A stretch of DNA of 64,000 nucleotides from a virus, in IMG/VR virus record IMGVR_UViG_3300029286_003706, positions 1 to 64,000 of that record, one strand, 5' to 3'. The position numbers and the translations under genes are program-made. Positions 1 to 6,795 of the stretch are shown here, piece after piece (positions within the stretch are counted from its first letter, which is position 1; every line of letters starts with the position of its first letter). The notes under the pieces are model-generated. The model did no database searches and was not told the DNA's origin. It was given only the letters and a program-made list of their open reading frames with translations.

Positions 1-12
1 TCATCTTTCATA

Positions 13-321
13 TTGAAATATTCACCTTTCGTTTCAAATTCAATATTTGTTGCAAATTTAAAAAGTTTCAAAATTATCACGATCATTGAATCATTTGCAA
101 CAAAGAAGATTGAAGCAAGTACAGACCCATATCTTAATCTTCCATTAATCCCACAATCATTCATTGAAAAATATGTTGAAAAACAAGGAAAGATTGATGA
201 AGTGATGATTGAACTATGTGATAGATTACTTTATGACACTCCACATGTAAGTGGAATAAAAGTTCGTCCTGATAACACAGTAATAGTATCTAGAAATGAA
301 GTTGAAATAAAAGAATGTTAA
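13..321 (+). CDS. hypothetical phage protein, probably 5'-truncated or degenerate at the window edge
   Basis: C-terminal part KIEASTD..LPLIPQSFIEKYVE looks protein-like and resembles the KIVAST end of ORF 17539; TTG start uncertain. Confidence 0.5.
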   Translation: MKYSPFVSNSIFVANLKSFKIITIIESFATKKIEASTDPYLNLPLIPQSFIEKYVEKQGKIDEVMIELCDRLLYDTPHVSGIKVRPDNTVIVSRNEVEIKEC

Positions 322-373
322 AGAAAAATAAATTAAAAGGTTAAATTTATTTTTTCCTCACTGAAAATATTCG

Positions 374-381
374 TAATTTTG
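374..381 (+). promoter_or_regulatory. Bacteroidota-type sigma-A -7 element TAATTTTG (early promoter)
   Basis: Matches TAnnTTTG, followed by TA, intergenic, about 20 nt before an ATG; one of 14 such sites. Confidence 0.7.
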
Positions 382-401
382 TAATCTAAATAAAAATACC
401 A

Positions 402-630
402 TGATACAGACAAATGAATTAAATAATGATGTCATCAATTTTGTAAGAAATCTTGGTATAATTTGTGATATTGAAATGAATATTATTACTATAAATAGAA
501 CATCAATGGTTAATTGTGTAAAGTGTTGACATTAATCAAAGAAGAATTTTCTAATCCTAAATATTATTGGATTACATTTTCAGGAAAAACAGATAATGTT
601 TATTATTTAGAAGTTTATGAAAAAAATTAA
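402..630 (+). pseudogene. frameshifted small early gene
   Basis: MIQTNELNNDVINFVRNLGIICDIE...VKC* continues in another frame as TLIKEEFSNPKYYWITFSGKTDNVYYLEVYEKN*. Confidence 0.5.
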
Positions 631-657
631 TATATAAGGGAAAAGAATTTCCCTTAT
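628..657 (+). promoter_or_regulatory. late-like promoter TAATATATA overlapping a 10-bp hairpin that covers the initiation region of ORF 659
   Basis: TAATATATA 628-636; stem ATAAGGGAAA 634-643 / TTTCCCTTAT 648-657; ATG at 659. Confidence 0.65.
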
Positions 658-658
658 T

Positions 659-1258
659 ATGTATATCAAAAGTTTCACCACATTTATAAACGAAAGTATG
701 GATAACGATAACAAAATTGAAGGTCACAGACACAAAATTTCCGATATTCAGAAAATCAAGGATTTTATTTTCGCTGGTAAAGCCATTTTCACAATTGAAT
801 CACAAGATAGTGGTGTTTGGTATACTTACCAAATGAATCAAGCAAAGAAGAATGAAAATCTTTTCTTTGTTTCCGTTTTAAGGGGTGCAGATAATCTTTC
901 TTCCTATTCTTATATGGGTTTAGTTATTAAAGAAGGTGAAAATTTCAAATTCACTTTGACCAAAAACTCCAAATATAAAATTGATGCAGTTTGTGTCAAA
1001 GCATTCAGTTTCTTCTTTACAAACATCACACGTAATTTTATACACCCGAAGATGAATTTCTATCATATGGGTATTTGTGGTAAATGTGGTAGGGTATTAA
1101 CAACGCCAGATTCAGTTGATAGGGGAATCGGACCAGTATGTGCTAAAAGTGTTATATCAGAAGAGGAAGAAATTAATATGGATCGTAAAAATAAACTGGT
1201 CAAAATGAGAAAAGAGTGGAATTACGATGATGTTAAAGCAAAAAGGAAATTAGGTTAA
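659..1258 (+). CDS. DUF6011-type zinc-finger protein with N-terminal capsid-targeting-like tag
   Basis: CGKCGRVLTTPDSVDRGIGPVCA motif; N-terminus MYIKSFTTFINES. Confidence 0.7.
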   Translation: MYIKSFTTFINESMDNDNKIEGHRHKISDIQKIKDFIFAGKAIFTIESQDSGVWYTYQMNQAKKNENLFFVSVLRGADNLSSYSYMGLVIKEGENFKFTLTKNSKYKIDAVCVKAFSFFFTNITRNFIHPKMNFYHMGICGKCGRVLTTPDSVDRGIGPVCAKSVISEEEEINMDRKNKLVKMRKEWNYDDVKAKRKLG

Positions 1259-1288
1259 TTTCTTTTATAAGAATTTATTAATTTAAAT

Positions 1289-1975
1289 TCATTGTTTTCT
1301 TTCGTTTAAACTTTCATTTTCACTGGTTGTAAATACTTCATCAAAATCAAGAGAAATAAGTTTTGTTAAATCTTTTGATAATTTATTCAAATCAGTATAT
1401 TTTAATATTTTTCCAAATTCAATGAAATTTTTATCTTCTTCATCCATCATAAAATAATAATCAATATCTTCCGTCAATTTTTCAAAACTAATTTGGGGTG
1501 TCATATTTTTTTCTCTTATGTAATAGTTTAGTGTTCTTTCAATCCATTTGAATAATTCATCACTAATTAATTTATAACCATCATAAGAATTTTTAATTTC
1601 TTTGAAAGAATTTAGATGGTGGAAATATTTTTTATCAATTAATTTTGGTATAATTTTACCATTCCTAATTAAACCACCCCTATCAAATTCAACTTCATAA
1701 GAACCCCGATTCCAATTAACATCTTCAGGTCTAACTTTTATTTCAAAAACCTCACCTTTTCTCATTTTAGCATAATTTTTGGCTTCATCATACGATGGTG
1801 TCATAAAAAATATTTCATCTTCTTTTAATCGTTCAGGTAATTCTTTACCACCATGATATAGTGTAACATAACCATCATCATCGATGTTGTTTTTGTTCAA
1901 CCCAAATGATCTCATATCTCTTAATGTATCTGACGAAATATTTTCATTCAAATATTCTGTAAAAGTTATTATCAT
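1289..1975 (-). CDS. putative ADP-ribosyltransferase-like internal virion protein
   Basis: VTLYHG...FFMTPSYDEAKNYA...SYEV resembles the ART fold motif order; N-terminus MIITFTEYLNEN. Confidence 0.5.
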   Translation of the reverse strand: MIITFTEYLNENISSDTLRDMRSFGLNKNNIDDDGYVTLYHGGKELPERLKEDEIFFMTPSYDEAKNYAKMRKGEVFEIKVRPEDVNWNRGSYEVEFDRGGLIRNGKIIPKLIDKKYFHHLNSFKEIKNSYDGYKLISDELFKWIERTLNYYIREKNMTPQISFEKLTEDIDYYFMMDEEDKNFIEFGKILKYTDLNKLSKDLTKLISLDFDEVFTTSENESLNERKQ

Positions 1976-1993
1976 AATGGTATATATAATTAT

Positions 1994-2785
1994 TCAAAAA
2001 ATAAATTCATCAAATTCTGTATAATCTTTATTCAAAATTAATAAGAAATTAAAACCTTGTTCTTTTACTGAATTTTCTTTTAAAATATTTCTTTCTTTGT
2101 GAATTTTATACCAATAATCAGATTTTATTTCTATTATTAAATTTAACTTTTCTATGTAAAAATCTGGATGATAATAACTTTTTTTATCATTGTAAAAATA
2201 TCTGATACTTTTTGGCTTTGATATCAAATCCAATATATTCATTTGAACACAATGTTCTAAGAAATCCTTTTCGTAATTTCCTTGATATAATAATCCGTTT
2301 TCCCAATAATTTATTTTAAATCCAGATTTTAAAGTTTTTTCAGAAATATCTCTGTTTTGTTGTGGATATTTATAACCACAATTTTTTAAATTTGTATCCT
2401 CTTTTTTCTTTTGGAATTGAACACATTTAGATGGATTATCAAAACCATATTTTAAAATAAAGGTGTCTTTTTTCTTTTCTTTTATAGATTCTAATTTTGA
2501 TATATTCATTCCATCTTTTATGAAACATTTATCCATTCTACATTTAGAACATGAATACAGATTGTCTTTATTATTTTTTATTATTTTCAAATAATCTTGA
2601 TATCTTATCATTTTTTCAAAATTACAGATGTCACATTTAACATTTATTTTGAGTCCACTACCCAATGTTAAATGTTTTATTGAAATTTTTAATTTTTGAA
2701 AAAGAACAGTTTTATATCCTAATTTTGTATAATATTTTATATTAAAATTACAAATATAAACATCAACATATTCATCCAATATCAT
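1994..2785 (-). CDS. free-standing homing-type endonuclease (Zn ribbon + KYG repeats + PD-(D/E)XK)
   Basis: KCDIC...CSKC, KYGFDNP, YHPDFYIEKLNLIIEIKS. Confidence 0.75.
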   Translation of the reverse strand: MILDEYVDVYICNFNIKYYTKLGYKTVLFQKLKISIKHLTLGSGLKINVKCDICNFEKMIRYQDYLKIIKNNKDNLYSCSKCRMDKCFIKDGMNISKLESIKEKKKDTFILKYGFDNPSKCVQFQKKKEDTNLKNCGYKYPQQNRDISEKTLKSGFKINYWENGLLYQGNYEKDFLEHCVQMNILDLISKPKSIRYFYNDKKSYYHPDFYIEKLNLIIEIKSDYWYKIHKERNILKENSVKEQGFNFLLILNKDYTEFDEFIF

Positions 2786-2937
2786 TCTTTTCCGATTGTT
2801 TTTAGTAATTCTTTTTCATCATATCTTCTGTGTTTTCCGGGTGTTCTGTATGATTTTATTTTTCCTTGTTTTTCCCATCTTCTTAAAGTGGATTTGGAAA
2901 CTGAAATCATTTCACTGGCTTTTTCTATATCTAACAT
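2782..2937 (-). CDS. 51-aa MerR-type/IS607 TnpA-like HTH protein (not in ORF track)
   Basis: MLDIEKASEMISVSKSTLRRWEKQGKIKSYRTPGKHRRY; ATGA overlap with the downstream nuclease. Confidence 0.8.
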   Translation of the reverse strand: MLDIEKASEMISVSKSTLRRWEKQGKIKSYRTPGKHRRYDEKELLKTIGKE

Positions 2938-2957
2938 AATTTATTATTTGTTTTTAG

Positions 2958-2980
2958 TATATATTAAGCATTAAAGGTCA
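2958..2980 (-). promoter_or_regulatory. extended late-like promoter TGACCTTT-N6-TAATATATA
   Basis: Same motif and spacing as 11941-11963, 16222-16244, 32161-32183, 54099-54121. Confidence 0.6.
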
Positions 2981-3057
2981 GAAATGGATAATTTTGGATA
3001 ATTTTTAAAAATTAAACTTTATCCAGAAAAAAATATAAAATAAATAAAAATTTACAA

Positions 3058-4266
3058 ATGATTAGAATTTTAGCTTTAAGCTCGGACACGGACGGTGTAG
3101 GTCAATGGAGAATTTTAAATCCACATCTATGTATAAATGAACCAGATATAGAAGTTGATGTTCGTTTATTTATGGATGGAACAATGAATTTAATGGATGA
3201 AAGATTTTTATCACAATATAATATACTTTTTTTTAATAAAGTGATACCTTTTAGTAAACCAGAATATGTAGATATGTTTTTTGGTTTGTGTAAAAAAATT
3301 GGTGTAAAAATAATATATGACATAGATGATTTTTGGGAACTACACAGTTCACACCTGAATTACGACACTTGGAAGAAAACTGGTGGGGATAAATCGATAA
3401 CAGATATGATAAAAAGGGCGGATGCGGTTACTACCACAACACAAATATTTGCAGATAAAATTAAAGAATTAAATCCAAATGTTTATGTTTTGGAAAATGC
3501 TGTAAATTTGGAAGAACAACAATGGGTATTTAATCGAAGGTCATCATCTAAGGTGAGATTCCTATGGGGGGGTGGAATTTCACATATTGCTGATCTTCGT
3601 TTATTGAAACGTTCAATTGAAATGTTTAATAAGGATAAGAACGGATTTTTAAAGGGTGCTCAATTATTTATGTGTGGATTTGATTTAAGGATGAGAACCC
3701 CACATGGAACAGTTCCAATTTCGGATTGGAGAACTAATCAATGGACATTTTTTGAGGATATGTTCACTTATAACAATAGATATTTGACCAATAATGAACA
3801 CAGACAATTTTTATTGAAATATGATGATAAAAATTACGGATTCAACGAGGAATTTATAGATGATTTTTATCAGAGAAGATGGACGCGCCCAATCATCACA
3901 TATGGTTATATGTATAATGAAGCTGATGTTTGTTTAGCACCATTAAGAAATAATAACAATTTCAATAAATATAAAAGTAATCTTAAAATAGTGGAGGCTG
4001 GAGCACATCATTGTCCTATAATAGCATCTAATTTTGGTCCTTATACTATTGATGATATTGAAGGTAAGAAAGATGGTAAACAAAAAGGTTTCTTAATTGA
4101 TGAAGATGATACTGAAGGGTGGCATGAAAAAATGACATTTTATTATGAAAATCCAACAATAATGCTGGAACATGGTGAAAATATGTTTGAATATGTTAAA
4201 AATAATTTGAGTATAGATGTAGTGGGTAAGAAAAGATGTGATTTATATAGAAAAATTGTTGTCTAA
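3058..4266 (+). CDS. glycosyltransferase (GT-B, GT4-like)
   Basis: YDIDDFW, ADAVTTTT, WGGGISH..DL, LAPL...FNKYKSNLKIVEAG...PIIAS. Confidence 0.85.
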   Translation: MIRILALSSDTDGVGQWRILNPHLCINEPDIEVDVRLFMDGTMNLMDERFLSQYNILFFNKVIPFSKPEYVDMFFGLCKKIGVKIIYDIDDFWELHSSHLNYDTWKKTGGDKSITDMIKRADAVTTTTQIFADKIKELNPNVYVLENAVNLEEQQWVFNRRSSSKVRFLWGGGISHIADLRLLKRSIEMFNKDKNGFLKGAQLFMCGFDLRMRTPHGTVPISDWRTNQWTFFEDMFTYNNRYLTNNEHRQFLLKYDDKNYGFNEEFIDDFYQRRWTRPIITYGYMYNEADVCLAPLRNNNNFNKYKSNLKIVEAGAHHCPIIASNFGPYTIDDIEGKKDGKQKGFLIDEDDTEGWHEKMTFYYENPTIMLEHGENMFEYVKNNLSIDVVGKKRCDLYRKIVV

Positions 4267-5349
4267 ATAATTATTTAGTTTTTCTATAACATTTTCATCG
4301 TATTTAATTCTAATTAATTTAATATTATTATTTTTACAATATTCATTTTTAATATGATCTCTAATTTTATTTTCTTCAAAGATTTTTTCACCACCAAAGT
4401 ATTCTATTGGTTCAAAATGTTGTACACCATCGAATTCAATGCAAATATTATGTTCAGGTAAATAAAAATCAAAATATAAATATTTTTTATATGAACAATT
4501 TTTAAAATTTTTTTGTTCTTTAAATGAAAATTTATTATCATTTAAATATTTTCTTATTGTTTTTTGACCATTACTATCTTTTCCACAGGAATGACATCCA
4601 CAACCTTTAGTATGATTTGAAGCTATTTGTTCAAAAATCCCATGAATCGGACATATTATTTCAATTTTAGATTTTTGATTAATATATTTTCCATTGATTA
4701 GTGAATAGTCATATTTATAATTATGTTTTTTATTGGAGTTTTCAATAAATTTATGGGAACCAATAAATTGATTTAAATTTGAACATTTTTTGCAACCTCT
4801 TCCATATAAATGTCTATCGACTCTTTGTTCGAAAACACCGTGTTTTGGACATATAATTTTTATTTTTTGTTTATTATTTTTAATATTTAAAACAAGTTCA
4901 TAATTATAATAATTATTATGAATTTTTGATGATTTTGTTAAAAATTCATTTAATTGTATTTTACAACATTTTGGACATCCATTTCCAGACATATGATCAC
5001 CAGATCTTTGTTCGAAAATACCATGTTTTGGACATATAATTTTTATTTTTGTAGAATTATTTTTATAATCAACAAGAGAATAATTATATTTATTATTATG
5101 AATTAGATTTGATTTTTCTATAAATTCTTCAGTTGTTAGTTTTTTATTGCCATTACATTTCGAACATCCTTGTCCAATGTAATAATGAGAATGTGGTTTT
5201 TGTTCAAATATACCATGATTTGGACATATTATTTTTACTTTTGTTCTGGAATTCTTATAATCAACAAGAGAATAATCATATTTATCACCATGAATTTCCT
5301 TTGACTTTTTTATAAATTCACTTCTTGTAAATCCATTCATATCCAACAT
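4243..5349 (-). CDS. homing-type endonuclease with four Zn-ribbon repeats and a C-terminal Vsr/DUF559-like nuclease domain
   Basis: Four repeats of YDYSLV.YKN...KIKIICPxHGIFEQ...H..G.GCxxC; FDFYLPEHNICIEFDGVQHF. Confidence 0.8.
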   Translation of the reverse strand: MLDMNGFTRSEFIKKSKEIHGDKYDYSLVDYKNSRTKVKIICPNHGIFEQKPHSHYYIGQGCSKCNGNKKLTTEEFIEKSNLIHNNKYNYSLVDYKNNSTKIKIICPKHGIFEQRSGDHMSGNGCPKCCKIQLNEFLTKSSKIHNNYYNYELVLNIKNNKQKIKIICPKHGVFEQRVDRHLYGRGCKKCSNLNQFIGSHKFIENSNKKHNYKYDYSLINGKYINQKSKIEIICPIHGIFEQIASNHTKGCGCHSCGKDSNGQKTIRKYLNDNKFSFKEQKNFKNCSYKKYLYFDFYLPEHNICIEFDGVQHFEPIEYFGGEKIFEENKIRDHIKNEYCKNNNIKLIRIKYDENVIEKLNNYLDNNFSI

Positions 5350-5414
5350 ATAAAATTATTTTGTTTTTGTTTGTTAAATAATTCTGAAAATTTTTTTTAT
5401 ATCACAAACCGCCG

Positions 5415-5422
5415 TATCTTTG
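5415..5422 (+). promoter_or_regulatory. Bacteroidota-type -7 element TATCTTTG driving the micro-ORF array
   Basis: CGTATCTTTGTA, about 25 nt before ATG 5447. Confidence 0.7.
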
Positions 5423-5446
5423 TATTGTCATTCAAACATACATAAA

Positions 5447-5473
5447 ATGAAAACGACAAGACCCCCACCCTGA
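5447..5473 (+). CDS. micro-ORF MKTTRPPP
   Basis: ATG AAA ACG ACA AGA CCC CCA CCC TGA. Confidence 0.6.
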   Translation: MKTTRPPP

Positions 5474-5528
5474 TCAAAAATATGGCTATAAAAATAGATT
5501 CTTATATATAAATCTTAATCCCTACGAA

Positions 5529-5561
5529 ATGAAAATAAAAACAAGACCCCCACCCCGATAA
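5529..5561 (+). CDS. micro-ORF MKIKTRPPPR
   Basis: ATG AAA ATA AAA ACA AGA CCC CCA CCC CGA TAA. Confidence 0.6.
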   Translation: MKIKTRPPPR

Positions 5562-5610
5562 AAATATGGCTATAAAATAGATTCTTATATTAGATAAAAA
5601 CACATAGAAA

Positions 5611-5643
5611 ATGAAAAAGAGACCAAGACCCCCGCCCAATTGA
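5611..5643 (+). CDS. micro-ORF MKKRPRPPPN
   Basis: ATG AAA AAG AGA CCA AGA CCC CCG CCC AAT TGA. Confidence 0.6.
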   Translation: MKKRPRPPPN

Positions 5644-5701
5644 AATGATATACTTATGATAAATTATATAATATATAGAAAAATTAATGATTTTAAAAAA
5701 G

Positions 5702-5730
5702 AAAAACCCCGAATGTATCGGGGTTTTTTT
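5702..5730. terminator. bidirectional intrinsic terminator
   Basis: AAAAACCCCGA-ATGTA-TCGGGGTTTTTTT between convergent units. Confidence 0.9.
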
Positions 5731-5731
5731 A

Positions 5732-6505
5732 TTATGTATCATTTGATGAAACGGGATTTTCAGATTGCCATTTTTCATAAAAATCACCCCAAGAAGTAAT
5801 TAAAAATTTTTGTCTTTCGGTATCAAAAACTATTGTTTTATCATAGGTATCACCCATATTAACATATAAACCTATTATATCATAATAATATTTGTTTACA
5901 AAAGCATTTTCATCGGTAATTGGTTCGACACCAAATCCATTAAGTATTTTATTTGCTTCTTCTAATATTTCGTCAACCATTTTATATTTTTGTAAAAGAT
6001 AATCACCCATTCTCATTTGTTTTTTTCTCAATGGTGATTTATCATTTATTTTTTTGTTCCAATAATATAATTTACTTTTAATTAATTCAATTTTATCATC
6101 AACAGATTCGTTTATAAATTGATCATATTTTTTGATATGTATGTTTTCATACGGAGAATTTGAATCTGACAATCCAGAACCTCTTTCTAAACGATAGTTT
6201 TTGGATAACCAATCTTCTGTTATACCACCTTCATTATATTCATTTAAATCGGCTGGTTCTTCGATAAATTCTTCTGTTTCTGTATTATAGATACATAATC
6301 CAAGTCCATCTGGATTATCATATTTACCCGGTTTTTTACGAAATTTTATTAATAACATTTCAACATTTAAAACATTCGGATCTGAAACATATCCTATAAC
6401 ATCAAAGGGTTCAAACATATCAGATGCTTTTTTTAACCCATTAAATTTTCTTTTTGGTATTATTTTATCTTTTTTTCTTTTTGGTATTATTTTATCTTTT
6501 TTCAT
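5732..6505 (-). CDS. hypothetical two-module protein with internal capsid-targeting-like tag
   Basis: Internal HIKKYDQFINES; N-terminal KKDKIIPKR duplicated in tandem. Confidence 0.65.
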   Translation of the reverse strand: MKKDKIIPKRKKDKIIPKRKFNGLKKASDMFEPFDVIGYVSDPNVLNVEMLLIKFRKKPGKYDNPDGLGLCIYNTETEEFIEEPADLNEYNEGGITEDWLSKNYRLERGSGLSDSNSPYENIHIKKYDQFINESVDDKIELIKSKLYYWNKKINDKSPLRKKQMRMGDYLLQKYKMVDEILEEANKILNGFGVEPITDENAFVNKYYYDIIGLYVNMGDTYDKTIVFDTERQKFLITSWGDFYEKWQSENPVSSNDT

Positions 6506-6516
6506 ATTTTATTAAT

Positions 6517-6780
6517 TTATTTTATTAATTCATCTAAATCATAGATAAATTTATCACTTAACATTTGTATATTGGTTAGTTGTTCTGATAATCTTTTAAT
6601 ATAATTTTGAATTGTGTATTTTGATGATTTTAAAATGTTATTTCTATATTCATCTATTAATTTTACAAAATCAATTTCCAAATCTTCCTGCCAAGGATAA
6701 TCTAAAAAACCAATAACTTTATTTTTATAATCATCATCAGAAATATTTTCGTTTAATTTAAATTCTTTTATATGTTTCAT
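6517..6780 (-). CDS. small protein with capsid-targeting-like tag
   Basis: MKHIKEFKLNENIS. Confidence 0.65.
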   Translation of the reverse strand: MKHIKEFKLNENISDDDYKNKVIGFLDYPWQEDLEIDFVKLIDEYRNNILKSSKYTIQNYIKRLSEQLTNIQMLSDKFIYDLDELIK

Positions 6781-6795
6781 GTGTGAATTTTTATT

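Larger units (their letters stand above)
5444..5643 (+). repeat. three-unit tandem array with 82-nt period
   Basis: AAATGAAAA..CAAGACCCCC(A/G)CCC recurs three times; AAAAATATGGCTATAAAA(A)TAGATTCTTATAT twice. Confidence 0.9.

Noticed and set aside
5482-5580. Additional micro-ORFs MAIKIDSYI and MAIK in the array spacers
   Set aside because: A 1-nt difference breaks the frame between copies, so coding is not conserved
5444-5643. Mini CRISPR array
   Set aside because: Inter-repeat segments resemble each other, repeats are not palindromic, the third unit is partial and there are no cas genes; a micro-ORF array fits better
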